Shown: positions 21,209 to 31,633, counted from the stretch's first letter. The stretch is DNA of 64,000 nt from an uncultured Acidimicrobiia bacterium (GCA_963759175.1 CAVWXP010000007.1:148844-212843), one strand, 5' to 3'. The notes: a model not told the origin generated them from the sequence alone. Translations and numbers: made by a program.

Positions 21209-21978
21209 TCCGTGTCCTGGTTGAGGTCGTGGATGATGCGCAGCCCTTCGAGTGTGAGATAGGGGTCGATCGTATCGACGCTGCGACAGTGCGGCACGAT
21301 GGTAGGCGCAAGGCCACCGGTCGCCACGCGGGTCACGGGTCCCTCGAAGGTCTCAGCGATGCGCTCCATGACGCCGTCGACGAGTCCGGCATGCCCATAG
21401 AGGGCACCGGACTGGATGGCCTCGACCGTTCCCTTGCCGATCACCGAGCGCGGCGTGGAGAACTCGACCCTTCGCAGTGCAGCGGTACCCGAGACGAGGG
21501 CGTTCGTGGAGATCTCGAGGCCGGGGGCGATGGCGCCTCCCAGATAGGCACCCGACGGACCGACGACGTCGAAGTTCGTCGACGTACCGAAGTCGACGAC
21601 GACGACGGGACTCGGATAGCGATCCCTTGCTGCCACCGAATTGACGATGCGATCCGCCCCGACCTCACGGGGGTTGTCGATCTCGATCGACAGGCCGGTC
21701 CGAACGCCGGGTTCGACGACCACCACATGCCCGCTCACGACATGGGGCGCAACGCGTCGGATGGTCGCGGTCAAGGCGGGAACGACGCTCGAGACGCACA
21801 GGCCCTTGATGTCGCTCTGGGTGAACCCGTCGGCGCCGAGGATCCCGTTGAGCTGCCAGCGGATCTCGTCGAAAGTGGCGTCAGGTTCGGTCGACACGCG
21901 CCAATGGCCGATGAGCTCGACACCGTCGAACATGCCGAGGGCGATCTGCGTGTTTCCGACGTCGATCGTGAGCAGCAT
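21205..21978 (-). CDS. coaX: type III pantothenate kinase
   Basis: MLLTIDVGNTQIALGMF...DFGTSTNFDVV, the CoaX/Bvg accessory factor family. The true start is internal to the 751 aa track ORF. 4-nt overlap with lysS. Confidence 0.9.
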   Translation of the reverse strand: MLLTIDVGNTQIALGMFDGVELIGHWRVSTEPDATFDEIRWQLNGILGADGFTQSDIKGLCVSSVVPALTATIRRVAPHVVSGHVVVVEPGVRTGLSIEIDNPREVGADRIVNSVAARDRYPSPVVVVDFGTSTNFDVVGPSGAYLGGAIAPGLEISTNALVSGTAALRRVEFSTPRSVIGKGTVEAIQSGALYGHAGLVDGVMERIAETFEGPVTRVATGGLAPTIVPHCRSVDTIDPYLTLEGLRIIHDLNQDTE

Positions 21979-22862
21979 CAGGTTCCTCCGTACAGGATGC
22001 TCGGTCGGGTCAGTCTGGTACCCCGGTCGACGCTGTGGGTGTCGCCGTCGATCGTCAGGTTGTCGATGAGCCGCACGCCGCCGAACGATGCAGCGACCGC
22101 GAGGACCTGGGTCCCGGCCACGGCCTCCATCGGGTCGGCCGTCGCGGCATCGGCCATCGTGACGTACTCGGGTGTGACCCCAGCCCCTTCGATGTGGGAC
22201 CGCACGGCGTCGGTCAGCTCGGGAACCGAACGACATCCGGCCTCGTAGACGTCGGCGGCCTCCATGAGGCCCCGGGATATGGAGAGGGCGTCGGGACGGG
22301 CATCGCCGAGGCGGACGTTGCGTGATGACAACGCCAGCCCATCGCGCTCGCGCACCAGTGGCATCCCGATGACGTCGATGGGGAACGACAGATCCCTCGC
22401 CATGGTTCTGATGACGGCGAGTTGCTGGGCGTCCTTGCGACCGAAGTACGCCGAGTCCGGCTGGGTGGCCGCGAACAGCTTGGCGACCACGGTGGCTACG
22501 CCGTCGAAGTGACCGGGCCGGTGCTCCCCTTCCATGGCGTCGGCCACGCCGGCAACGCTCACCGTGGTCGATGTGCCCGGCGGATACATGTATGCCACGC
22601 TCGGGACGACGACGATGTCGGCGCCGGCTGACGCCGCGAGTTCGCTGTCGCGTTCGATGTTGCGGGGGTATCGATCGAGATCGGCGGCGTCGGAGAACTG
22701 GAGGGGGTTCACGAAGACCGTGACGATCGTCGTGTCGCAGTCGCGCGCCGATGCCTCGATGAGGCTCAGGTGCCCCTCGTGGAGGAACCCCATGGTCGGG
22801 ACGAGTCCGACGACACCCGACGCGGCCGCTCGTGCGTCCTCGAGCCGCTCCACGGCGATCAT
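21978..22862 (-). CDS. panC: pantoate--beta-alanine ligase
   Basis: LVPTMGFLHEGHLSLI (HIGH-like motif), FVNPLQF and the rest of the PanC fold; 294 aa. Confidence 0.9.
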   Translation of the reverse strand: MIAVERLEDARAAASGVVGLVPTMGFLHEGHLSLIEASARDCDTTIVTVFVNPLQFSDAADLDRYPRNIERDSELAASAGADIVVVPSVAYMYPPGTSTTVSVAGVADAMEGEHRPGHFDGVATVVAKLFAATQPDSAYFGRKDAQQLAVIRTMARDLSFPIDVIGMPLVRERDGLALSSRNVRLGDARPDALSISRGLMEAADVYEAGCRSVPELTDAVRSHIEGAGVTPEYVTMADAATADPMEAVAGTQVLAVAASFGGVRLIDNLTIDGDTHSVDRGTRLTRPSILYGGT

Positions 22863-23641
22863 CGCAGGACCTCGTCCATCGCTTCCCCCGCTCTGGCATA
22901 CAGGGCCGTTGCCCGTGCCATGGCGAGGAACATCTCGAGTACCTCGTCTGACACGTCGGCGATCGCTTCGATCTGGCGTGCGACCGTACCCGTGTCACCG
23001 CGAGCGATGGGTCCCGTGAGGGCGGCGCCGGGACCCAGCTCGAACGCGTTCGCCACGATTCCGGCAACGAGAGGTGCTGCTGCTTCGAAGGGCACCCCTG
23101 CCTCGGTGAGGAGCCGCTCGGCGATGCCGAGGGCGGCGACGGTGAAGTTTCCTGCCGCCACCGCCGCGGCGTGGTACACCGCCTTGTCGGCATCGGCGAG
23201 GCGGAACGGGCGACCTCCGATCGACTCCGCGAACTCGTCGAGGGTCGAGGCGAAGGGCTCGGCAGCGGTGACGGCGATCCACGACCCCGCCAATCGATCG
23301 GCGCCGGTCCTCGCATCGGGGAGTGCCTGGAGCGGATGGAAGGACCCGACGGCTTCTCCTTCGAGCGGCTCGAGCGCGGAGACGGGCACCGCCCCTGAGA
23401 CGTGCACGGTGGGGATGAACGGTTCATCGGACAGGGCACGTGCCACGGTGGCGACCGCATCGTCGGACACCGCGATGATCCGCAGATCCGCCATACCCGG
23501 AGTGACCACCACGAGGGCCTCCAGCGCGGCGACGGAGCTGGTCGTGCGACCGTGCACGGCGGTGATCGTATGGCCCGCCCTCGCCGAAGCGACGGCGAGT
23601 GCGCCGGCTGCTCGTCCGGTGCCGTGGATCTCGATCTGCAT
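22859..23641 (-). CDS. DUF2520-family Rossmann-fold protein (putative oxidoreductase; equivalent position to Rv3603c)
   Basis: GTGRAAGALA dinucleotide-binding motif; conserved position downstream of panC in actinobacteria; start at the internal ATG of the track ORF (high coordinate 23641). Confidence 0.7.
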   Translation of the reverse strand: MQIEIHGTGRAAGALAVASARAGHTITAVHGRTTSSVAALEALVVVTPGMADLRIIAVSDDAVATVARALSDEPFIPTVHVSGAVPVSALEPLEGEAVGSFHPLQALPDARTGADRLAGSWIAVTAAEPFASTLDEFAESIGGRPFRLADADKAVYHAAAVAAGNFTVAALGIAERLLTEAGVPFEAAAPLVAGIVANAFELGPGAALTGPIARGDTGTVARQIEAIADVSDEVLEMFLAMARATALYARAGEAMDEVLR

Positions 23642-23706
23642 GAGGCTCCGATCCTCGCTGGTATCGGTCCGAGCGGAAGGGTAGGTGCCGGGCACCCTCA
23701 TGGGTG

Positions 23707-25023
23707 TCACCGCACCAGATTCAGCGAATGGCCGACAGCGAGGTAGGTGCCACTCGCACCCCACGCCCGAACCGTTCCCGCAACCGTGCGATCCGTGAGG
23801 TGATCGACCGACGCCTCGCCGAGGAGCCACGGATCATCGACGTACGATGCGAACCGAGCGGTCAGCTCGATCGTCGGCGTCGACAGCATCGGCCCATCCG
23901 GGAGCCTGCCCATGGCCAGCATCGTCGCCGGCCAGATGAGCGCGTCGATCGGCATGACGACGGTCGCGGCCGCAAGAAATGGATCATTGCCACCCAGGGC
24001 GACGTTCGGAGTCCACGCCCGCAGGACGGGTTCGTCGCCCGATGCGAGGTCGGGGACATCCCATCGCTCGAGGGGCGTCCACGACCGGATGGACGACCCG
24101 ATCGATCGGCTCGTGCGACCGATGAGCTCGGTGACCGGTACTGCCTCGGACATCGACATGACCTCTGGCATGGCTGGCGGATCAACCGGCTGCAGCGGCC
24201 GATCGATCACGCTCACCGCGCACCTCCCGGCCACGACACCATCGACACCGAGCGACACCGTCAGGTCCGCCGATGCGGATCCCTCCCGATGCACCTCGTA
24301 CGACACGGCGATCTCGGCCCCCGACGCCACGGGATGCAGGTATCGGTAGGTCAGGTGGGATGGCCTGGCCCCTGGTCGCACGGAACGCACCGCTTCGAGG
24401 GCCACCGCTGCAAGGAATCCACCGAACGCGTCACCGTTGGTGTTCGCCCAATCCGGATGCGCCAACACCTTCTGATGGTCGCCGTCAGGACTGAGGGCGA
24501 CGGCATCGGCCAACCCGACCATCCACCGATCGGCGTCGGGGACGAGTGGGCCGCTGGCGCGGATGAGACCGTCCGACCCGACAGCCGCGAACGCGTCCGA
24601 ATAGGGACCGTCGGCGTCCCCGAGCGTCGGAGCGATGTCGAGCAGGGGCGCCAACACGAATGGTCGATCTCGCAGGTGTGGATGCGGAATCGTCAGGCCC
24701 GGTGCGTCGACGGCGACACCGTCGTACCACAGGATGTCGAGGTCGAGCGTCCGGGGTCCCCAGCGGATGTCCCTCGTACGCCCACGCTCGAGCTCGACGG
24801 CGAGGCAGTGGTCGAGCAGGTCGGAGGGTGATCGATCCGTGTCCAGGGCGACCACGGCGTTGAGGTAGGTCTCCTGCCCCGACGGCCCTCCGACGGCGAC
24901 CGTGTCGTAGAGGGGAGATCCGGCGATCACCGACCCGACATCGCGGAGCCGGATCAGTCCGTGGGCGAGGTGGTCCCTGCGGTCACCGACATTCGAGCCG
25001 AGTGCGATGTATGCGATCGGCAT
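23707..25023 (-). CDS. folK: HPPK (FolK) fused to a C-terminal TesB-like double-hotdog acyl-CoA thioesterase
   Basis: The N-terminus MPIAYIALGSNVGDRRDHL...TIPHPHLRDRPFVLAPL is classic HPPK. The C-terminal roughly 280 aa carry the TesB motifs GDAFGGFLAAVALEA, SHLTYRYLHP, PLERWDVPD and ...TARFASY. The 438 aa ORF is continuous. Confidence 0.8.
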   Translation of the reverse strand: MPIAYIALGSNVGDRRDHLAHGLIRLRDVGSVIAGSPLYDTVAVGGPSGQETYLNAVVALDTDRSPSDLLDHCLAVELERGRTRDIRWGPRTLDLDILWYDGVAVDAPGLTIPHPHLRDRPFVLAPLLDIAPTLGDADGPYSDAFAAVGSDGLIRASGPLVPDADRWMVGLADAVALSPDGDHQKVLAHPDWANTNGDAFGGFLAAVALEAVRSVRPGARPSHLTYRYLHPVASGAEIAVSYEVHREGSASADLTVSLGVDGVVAGRCAVSVIDRPLQPVDPPAMPEVMSMSEAVPVTELIGRTSRSIGSSIRSWTPLERWDVPDLASGDEPVLRAWTPNVALGGNDPFLAAATVVMPIDALIWPATMLAMGRLPDGPMLSTPTIELTARFASYVDDPWLLGEASVDHLTDRTVAGTVRAWGASGTYLAVGHSLNLVR

Positions 25024-25026
25024 CGA

Positions 25027-25506
25027 TCACTGCGGGATGAGGCGGCGGCCCTCGGGTCCGATGGCACGGCCGAGGATGCGCTGGATCACGTCGGTGGCGA
25101 CGATCGGATCCTTCAACATGCCCGAGTGGATCAGGTAACCGGCGAGGAGTCCACCGAGCGTGTCATCGATCGTGTCACGGTGAACCAGCGCAACGGCATC
25201 AGGAGGTGCGAGGGCCTCGTCGAGGACCTCGAACACGGCAATCGCCTCACCGGGTTCGAGCTCGTCCTCGACCTCGACCGAAAAAAAGCGCAGGCCGGCA
25301 ACCTCGTAGGCCATGGAGTTCTGGTTGGAGCCGAGCAGGCTGACGGCGGTGTTCACGCCGTGGTCCATCAGCCAGACGATCTCCTCCTCGCGCCGCACCT
25401 TGCGATGCTGGAAGCCGTAGCCACCGATCCGCTCGGACACGGCGAGGCGATCCTTGATCACCCACCGGAATCCGCGGGGTTCGAGTCCTGTCGGCTTCTT
25501 CGTCAT
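25027..25506 (-). CDS. hypothetical protein, possibly a Cys-less dual-specificity-phosphatase-like fold
   Basis: 159 aa; sits where folB lies in other actinobacteria but shows no FolB motifs; VALVHRDTIDDTLGGLLAGYLI resembles a VHCxxGxxRS P-loop with Arg in place of Cys. Confidence 0.5.
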   Translation of the reverse strand: MTKKPTGLEPRGFRWVIKDRLAVSERIGGYGFQHRKVRREEEIVWLMDHGVNTAVSLLGSNQNSMAYEVAGLRFFSVEVEDELEPGEAIAVFEVLDEALAPPDAVALVHRDTIDDTLGGLLAGYLIHSGMLKDPIVATDVIQRILGRAIGPEGRRLIPQ

Positions 25507-26333
25507 GGCTTGCGCACCATAGCCTTGGCGGTCACTGCTACATCAACCCCGAGACGGACATCGTGGACGCGGATGATCGAGGCACCGGCCATCACCGCGG
25601 CCGCAATCGTCGCCGCCGTCGCCCCGTCGCGAGCGGCGGGTTCGGTGGCACCGCGAACGGGCTCGAGGATGGCTCCGAGGAAACCCTTTCGGCTCGTCCC
25701 GACGAGCACCGGGTAGCCGAGGTGGGTGAACACCTCGAGGTTCCGCATGAGGTCGAGGTTGTGTTCGTGCGTCTTGCCGAATCCGATGCCGGGATCGAGT
25801 GCGATGGCCTCGATGCGAATGCCCGACTCGATGGCCGCTCGGCTCTGCACGACCAGGAATCGGCCGACATCGTCGACGACATCGTCGTAGCGGGGGTCGT
25901 CCTGCATGGTTGCCGGCGTGCCCTGCATGTGCATGATGACGACGCCCACCCCACCAGCGGCGCACACGGAACGCATCTCGGGCGACGTGAGCCCGGTGAC
26001 ATCGTTGACGATCGCCGCGCCCGCATCGATCGCCGCCGCTGCGACCTCGGGTTTCGAGGTGTCGATCGAGACGACGACACCCTCTCCGGCGAGGCCTTCG
26101 ATGACACCGAGGACGCGTTCGGCTTCCTCCATGGCGTCGACGGTTCTGGCGTAGGGCCGAGTGGACTCCCCGCCCACATCGATGATCGATGCACCGTCGT
26201 CGACCATCCGCAAGCCCGCGGCCACGGCGGCCGCCGTGTCGGCGAAGGAACCCCCGTCGCTGAACGAGTCGGGCGTGACGTTGAGGATGCCCATGATGAG
26301 CGGGGATCGCAGGGAGAGGGAGTGGCCCCTGAC
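25503..26333 (-). CDS. folP: dihydropteroate synthase
   Basis: IMGILNVTPDSFSDGG, DVGGESTRP and the pterin-binding fold. The N-terminal extension of the track ORF overlaps ftsH, so an internal GTG/ATG start (26294-26333) is more likely. Confidence 0.85.
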   Translation of the reverse strand, partial: VRGHSLSLRSPLIMGILNVTPDSFSDGGSFADTAAAVAAGLRMVDDGASIIDVGGESTRPYARTVDAMEEAERVLGVIEGLAGEGVVVSIDTSKPEVAAAAIDAGAAIVNDVTGLTSPEMRSVCAAGGVGVVIMHMQGTPATMQDDPRYDDVVDDVGRFLVVQSRAAIESGIRIEAIALDPGIGFGKTHEHNLDLMRNLEVFTHLGYPVLVGTSRKGFLGAILEPVRGATEPAARDGATAATIAAAVMAGASIIRVHDVRLGVDVAVTAKAMVRKP

Positions 26334-26362
26334 GCTCCACGAGGCAGTGTCGAGCACCTCGG

Positions 26363-28288
26363 CTACTTCACTCCGTCGTTCGTGCGCGTCGTGGTGTGGA
26401 CGGCGGCGTAGGTGCTTTGGATCTGTACCGAGTCTGGCGCTTTCAACCTGATCGTGCCGTCCTCGGCGTGCTCCCACTTCGGGACGTCGTGGAGGATCTC
26501 ACCGACATCCTTGGCTCCGAGCGTCTCACGGTCCATGAGGGCTTCGGCGATCCGGTGAAGCGCCTCCTCGTGCGTTGCGAGGATGGTGCGGGCCTCGTCG
26601 TGTGCCTGGGTGATGAGGAACCGCACCTCCTCATCGACGGCGGCAGCGACCTCGTTCGAGAAGTCGTGCGACTTCGAGTAGTCGCGACCGAGGAACACCT
26701 CACCGTCGGGGGTTCCGTAGCGCAACGGACCGAGTTTGTCGGACATGCCGTACTCCATCACCATCTTGCGGGCGATGCTCGTCGCCTTCTCGATGTCGTT
26801 GGAGGCGCCGGTGGTGGGGTCGACGAAGATGAGCTCTTCTGCGGTGCGCCCACCGAGCAGCATCGCCAGTTGGTCGATCATCTCGGAGCGTCGTACGTAG
26901 TACTTGTCCTCGAGCGGGAGAGCCATGGTGTAGCCGCCCGCCCGTCCCCTGGGGATGATCGTGACCTTGTGGATGGGGTCCGCGTTCGGCAGGGCGTAGC
27001 CGACGAGGGCGTGACCACCCTCGTGGTAGGCGGTGATCTTGCGCTCCATCTCCGACATGACCCTGCTCTTGCGCTCCGGCCCTGCGATGACGCGTTCTAT
27101 CGCTTCCTCGAGGTTGTTCATGCCGATACTCGACTCGTCGCGACGTGCGGCGAGGAGGGCGGCCTCGTTGATGAGGTTGGCCAGGTCGGCGCCGGTGAAG
27201 CCCGGGGTCTGGCGGGCGAGGACACCGAGATCGATCTCGTCGTCGAGCGGCTTGCCCTTGGAATGGACTTTGAGGATCGCTTCCCTGCCGACGAGGTCGG
27301 GGCGGTCGACGACGATCTGGCGATCGAATCGACCCGGTCGCAGGAGTGCAGGATCGAGGATGTCGGGACGGTTGGTCGAAGCGATCACGATCACGCCGGA
27401 CTTCACGTCGAACCCGTCGAGCTCCACGAGCAGCTGGTTGAGGGTCTGTTCACGCTCGTCGTGGCCGCCGCCGAGGCCTGCGCCGCGGTGACGTCCGACC
27501 GCATCGATCTCGTCGATGAACACGATCGACGGGGCATTCTGCTTCGCCTGATCGAACAGATCGCGGACACGGGATGCACCGACGCCGACGAACATCTCGA
27601 CGAAGTCCGAGCCGGAGATGGCGAAGAACGGAACACCGGCTTCGCCGGCCACCGCACGAGCGAGGAGGGTCTTGCCGGTGCCGGGGGGCCCGTAGAGGAG
27701 CACACCCTTGGGGATCTTGGCGCCCATCGCCCGGAACTTCTGGGGGTGTGCGAGAAACTCCTTGATCTCCTCGAGTTCCTCGACGGCCTCGTCCGCTCCT
27801 GCGACATCGGTGAAGAGCACCTTCGGCGTGTCCTTGGAGACCTGTTTCGCCTTGGACTTCCCGAACTGCATGACGCGGTTTCCACCGCCTTGCATCTGCA
27901 TGATGATGAAGATGAAGAGACCGAAGATCAACAGGTACGGGAGGATCGAGGTGAGGAACCACTCGAAGAGCGTCGGATTCTCGGCATCCACGGTGAATTC
28001 GACTCCGGCGACCTGGAGCTCTTTCGTCAGCGTCTCGGCATAATCGGCCGGGTACCGCATGATGAAGTCGTTCGTCTCACCGCCGGATCGGAACGTGCCG
28101 GTCAGCTCGTTGGATCGATCGCGCATGACGATTTCGTCATTGATCTCGCCAGCCGCAAGCCGGTTCTCGAACTCCGACAGGGACAACTCGGTGGGCTGGG
28201 TTGCCTGGTTGAAGACGAGCTGGAAACCCATGACCACGATGAAGATGACGGCCAGGTAGACGAGGATGGTTCTCGCTGTCCTGTTCAC
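26363..28288 (-). CDS. ftsH: ATP-dependent zinc metalloprotease FtsH
   Basis: Two N-terminal TM helices; AAA module [23 protein letters not shown]; SRH region; HEGGH zinc-binding motif; GTG start. Confidence 0.95.
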   Translation of the reverse strand: MNRTARTILVYLAVIFIVVMGFQLVFNQATQPTELSLSEFENRLAAGEINDEIVMRDRSNELTGTFRSGGETNDFIMRYPADYAETLTKELQVAGVEFTVDAENPTLFEWFLTSILPYLLIFGLFIFIIMQMQGGGNRVMQFGKSKAKQVSKDTPKVLFTDVAGADEAVEELEEIKEFLAHPQKFRAMGAKIPKGVLLYGPPGTGKTLLARAVAGEAGVPFFAISGSDFVEMFVGVGASRVRDLFDQAKQNAPSIVFIDEIDAVGRHRGAGLGGGHDEREQTLNQLLVELDGFDVKSGVIVIASTNRPDILDPALLRPGRFDRQIVVDRPDLVGREAILKVHSKGKPLDDEIDLGVLARQTPGFTGADLANLINEAALLAARRDESSIGMNNLEEAIERVIAGPERKSRVMSEMERKITAYHEGGHALVGYALPNADPIHKVTIIPRGRAGGYTMALPLEDKYYVRRSEMIDQLAMLLGGRTAEELIFVDPTTGASNDIEKATSIARKMVMEYGMSDKLGPLRYGTPDGEVFLGRDYSKSHDFSNEVAAAVDEEVRFLITQAHDEARTILATHEEALHRIAEALMDRETLGAKDVGEILHDVPKWEHAEDGTIRLKAPDSVQIQSTYAAVHTTTRTNDGVK

Positions 28289-28385
28289 GGTGCTCCTCGG
28301 GTCACGGTCCCGTCACCACCGAGTGGTCTGACGGGGTGCGTTCAATGCTACGCCGAACCAACGTCAAACTTGCCCATGGGGTTCC

Positions 28386-28910
28386 TCAGTCGGCGCCCTC
28401 GACCTCGGCGACGTACGGCAGGTTCCGGTACTTGCCGTCGAAGTCGAGTCCGTAACCGACCACGAACTTCGGCGGGATGTGGAATCCCTCGTACTTGACA
28501 TCGAGCGGTGGTCGATCGATGCCGTCCTTGATGAGCAGGGCAGCCAACGCGAGGCTCGCGGGCTTGCGGACCTGGAGGTTCTTGAGCAGGTAGTGCAGCG
28601 TCAGGCCGGTGTCGACGATGTCCTCCACGATGAGTACGTCGCGGCCTTCGATCTCCTGGTCGAGGTCCTTGAGGATGCGCACCACACCGGAGCTCTTCGT
28701 TGCAGACCCGTACGACGACACTGCCATGAAGTCGAACTCGACGGGGAGGTTGATGTGGCGTGCAAGATCGGCCATCACGACGAAAGCACCCTTGAGGATC
28801 CCAACGAGCAACAGGTCCTTGCCCTCGTAGTCGCGGGTGATCGCAGCGCCCATCTCTGCCAGTTTTGCGTCGATCTGCTCGGCCGATACGACCGTGTTCC
28901 CGATTATCAC
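28386..28910 (-). CDS. hpt: hypoxanthine-guanine phosphoribosyltransferase
   Basis: PRPP-binding motif VLIVEDIVDTGLTL; 174 aa; GTG start; 4-nt overlap with tilS. Confidence 0.9.
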   Translation of the reverse strand: MIIGNTVVSAEQIDAKLAEMGAAITRDYEGKDLLLVGILKGAFVVMADLARHINLPVEFDFMAVSSYGSATKSSGVVRILKDLDQEIEGRDVLIVEDIVDTGLTLHYLLKNLQVRKPASLALAALLIKDGIDRPPLDVKYEGFHIPPKFVVGYGLDFDGKYRNLPYVAEVEGAD

Positions 28911-30217
28911 GAATGCACTTCCCGTTCGATGACCAGTCTCTGCCCTTCCGCTCCGGGTCGGGCCCAGTCGGCGACGCGCACGCCGACCACGGCTGCAATC
29001 TTGGCATCAACCGTGACGACGGGCGAAACGGGGCGCATCGTCGGGTGGATGCCGTGCACCCGCATGAGCTCGGCGACCGGCGTCGTTCCCGTCCCGATGG
29101 AGAGCCGGTCTCCGGCGACCGGGGCACGCATCGTGAGGTCACGTCCCACGAGGGCTCCACCGAGCACCGTGAACCGCCCGCCGGCCAGCCGCGCCGTATG
29201 CCGTCCTTCGGTACGAAGGCAGTACCGCTCGCCGCTCCACGCCACCGGGGAGCCGAGGACCAGGCTGATCGGTGGATCGGGCTGCGGGAGGTGCCCGATC
29301 GTGACGTGCGGTCCATCGACCACAGCGAGGTGGTCACCGGAGAGTTGCCGAGTGCCCCCGGTGGCCGCTGCCTCGAGGATCGCCTCGATGTCGCGCATCC
29401 CTCCCGGCGATCCGCCGGTCACGATCCTCATGGCCCGCCGACACACCCTGGCCGCAACCGCAGGATGGGCGGTGACGAGCGCACCGGTGGGGATCGACAC
29501 GCGACCGGAGCGGGTGATGATCGGGATGGTGTCTGCGAGTTCGGCGATGGCGGCGTCGTCGGCCGCGAGGTGTGCGGCGCTCCGCGCCAGGCCCTCACCG
29601 ACCGAGGGACCCAGTTCCGTTTCGAGCACCGGTACCACGGTGTGCCGAACCCTGGTCCTCGTGAACCTCGGATCCGCATTCGCCGGGTCGTCGACGTACG
29701 GGAGACCGAGACCGTCGGCGATGGCGCGTAGTTCGGCCTTGGTGGCACCGAGGAGGGGTCGCCGCCACACGGATCGGGCCCGCGGGATTCCGGCGAGACC
29801 GGTCGATCCCGCACCCTGGACGAGCCGCATCAGCACCGTTTCGGCCTGGTCATCGAGGGTGTGGCCTGTGAGGACGATCTCGCCGGATTCCAGATCGGCC
29901 TCGATGGCGCCATACCGAGCATCACGAGCTCGCGCCTCGAGGTCCGAACCGTCCTCGACGCGACCAGCGAGCGTGGTGAGCGGTACGTCGAGATGTGCTG
30001 CGAGGTCGATCGCGGCGGCACCGAGCGTGGAACTGGCGTCGAGGCCGTGGTCGACGAAGACGGCTCGTACGCCGGCCGGTGCCACGACGGCGGCCGTGGC
30101 GAGGAGGACGGCCGAGTCCGCTCCTCCGCCGAGGGCCACGACACACGGTGCGCCGTCGATGGCGTCCCGTACGGCGCCGTCGAGGCGATCGGTCACCCCG
30201 CCATGCGGTCGAGCCAT
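28907..30217 (-). CDS. tilS: tRNA(Ile)-lysidine synthetase
   Basis: PP-loop VVALGGGADSAVLL; the N-terminal Arg-rich extension of the track ORF is spurious, and the start is the internal ATG before MARPHGGVTDRLDGA. Confidence 0.85.
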   Translation of the reverse strand: MARPHGGVTDRLDGAVRDAIDGAPCVVALGGGADSAVLLATAAVVAPAGVRAVFVDHGLDASSTLGAAAIDLAAHLDVPLTTLAGRVEDGSDLEARARDARYGAIEADLESGEIVLTGHTLDDQAETVLMRLVQGAGSTGLAGIPRARSVWRRPLLGATKAELRAIADGLGLPYVDDPANADPRFTRTRVRHTVVPVLETELGPSVGEGLARSAAHLAADDAAIAELADTIPIITRSGRVSIPTGALVTAHPAVAARVCRRAMRIVTGGSPGGMRDIEAILEAAATGGTRQLSGDHLAVVDGPHVTIGHLPQPDPPISLVLGSPVAWSGERYCLRTEGRHTARLAGGRFTVLGGALVGRDLTMRAPVAGDRLSIGTGTTPVAELMRVHGIHPTMRPVSPVVTVDAKIAAVVGVRVADWARPGAEGQRLVIEREVHS

Positions 30218-31251
30218 GCGCCCGGATCCTCGATCTCGGAGAGCGTCGGGAGCGCCTCGGGTGACTCCCACGCCATCGCCAGGGCATCCCACGATGCCCG
30301 GTTCTCGACGCCTCGGATGAAGGTCGCACCGAGCTCGTACTGCTTGAGTTTCATCTCCATGCCGATGAGGCGCATGAGGCGTTGCGTCTTCGCATCGGCC
30401 CGTCGCGCCGTGAGGACGTCCGACATGCGACCCACATCGACCAGTTCCCGCTCCCCGATGCGATCCATGACGACGTGGCCGTGTCCCTCCAGGAGGGACA
30501 TCAGCGCCTGGACGCGATCGAGGACGGCACGTTGGTCGCCGCTGGCCAGCATGCCGAGGATGCCTGCGTCGCCGATCGGGTCCTCGCCGCGTGCACGGGC
30601 AGCGGCGACGTCGTTGGCGATGCGCGCCATGCGACCGTGCTCGCGGGCGCCTTCGCCGACGAGCTCGTCGACGAGCGACAGGAAGTAATCCCGCATCCAC
30701 GGCACACCCTTGAACTGGGCACGGTGGGCCGACTCGTGCAGCGCAACCCAGAACCGGAAGTGCGATGGCCGGAACTGATGGAGTCGCTCCATCGACAGGA
30801 CGTTCGCCCCGACGAAGAACACCGAGTCGCCGACCTCACCGTCGGAGGTGGGGAGGACGAGTTCGTACTGGCCGAGGACCCGCTTGGACAGGAACCCGAG
30901 CACGGCGCCGAGCTCGGCAGCCATGAATCGAGAACCGATGCCGGCACTCGACCCGTCAGCATCGTCCGCCATTGACGGCGCGGCGTCCTCGATCGCATCC
31001 CGCAGGGGTGCGAGGAGGGCGGTGAAGGATTGGATGTTCGTTTCCACCCACTGCGTGCGACTGATCACACCGACGTCGGGTGCGCCGGCGAGCTCGAGGC
31101 CCGTTTCGGCGGTGACGAGTTCAGAGGCACGTGCGACGTACGTCGGCGCCTGCCACGCGAACTTGCGCTCGTGGTACGAGCCAGCGAGTGCGTAGTCGCC
31201 GGAGAATCGGCGAGCCACGCTGGTGGTCGTCGCAGTGTCGATCTTCGTCAT
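30193..31251 (-). CDS. zincin-like metalloprotease (DUF2342-type, HExxH)
   Basis: ALHESAHRAQF motif; conserved neighbour of tilS in actinobacteria. Confidence 0.7.
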   Translation of the reverse strand: MTKIDTATTTSVARRFSGDYALAGSYHERKFAWQAPTYVARASELVTAETGLELAGAPDVGVISRTQWVETNIQSFTALLAPLRDAIEDAAPSMADDADGSSAGIGSRFMAAELGAVLGFLSKRVLGQYELVLPTSDGEVGDSVFFVGANVLSMERLHQFRPSHFRFWVALHESAHRAQFKGVPWMRDYFLSLVDELVGEGAREHGRMARIANDVAAARARGEDPIGDAGILGMLASGDQRAVLDRVQALMSLLEGHGHVVMDRIGERELVDVGRMSDVLTARRADAKTQRLMRLIGMEMKLKQYELGATFIRGVENRASWDALAMAWESPEALPTLSEIEDPGAWLDRMAG

Positions 31252-31306
31252 GGCGTCAGCCTACGGTGCCTGCCGGTGTGGGCATGACGCCGTCGTTGGC
31301 AACGAC

Positions 31307-31633
31307 TCAGGAACCGTCGACGACGGTGTAGCGATTCCGGATCGAGTGGTTGTACCCGATGATCAAGCCGATGACGAGGAGGATCGTGACGGCGACGAGC
31401 GTCGGATAGATGAAGCGTGACGTCCACGGCTGGGCATCCTCGGCTTCCTCTGGGGGTGGTATCACGACCGCAGGCTCACCGTTCTCGAAGATCGGTTCCG
31501 GGGCGACGGTGGTCTCGGTCGTCTCGGTGCCCTCGTCCTCCGTCGCACCCTCGGTGGCGAACACCGGAAGGGCCATTGCCACGATGAAACTGGCGATGAG
31601 GCCGAGGAGGAGGATCGGTCGCAGGCGTTGCAT
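31307..31633 (-). CDS. small exported/membrane protein (signal peptide plus C-terminal TM helix)
   Basis: MQRLRPILLLGLIASFIVAMALPVFA signal; acidic middle; C-terminal TM YPTLVAVTILLVIGLIIGY. The true start is the internal ATG of the 270 aa track ORF. Confidence 0.45.
   Translation of the reverse strand: MQRLRPILLLGLIASFIVAMALPVFATEGATEDEGTETTETTVAPEPIFENGEPAVVIPPPEEAEDAQPWTSRFIYPTLVAVTILLVIGLIIGYNHSIRNRYTVVDGS

Noticed and set aside
25027-25506. Annotating the 159 aa protein as FolB (dihydroneopterin aldolase) purely from its operon position.
   Set aside because: It is longer than FolB and has none of its conserved features. Calling it FolB would be annotation by synteny alone.
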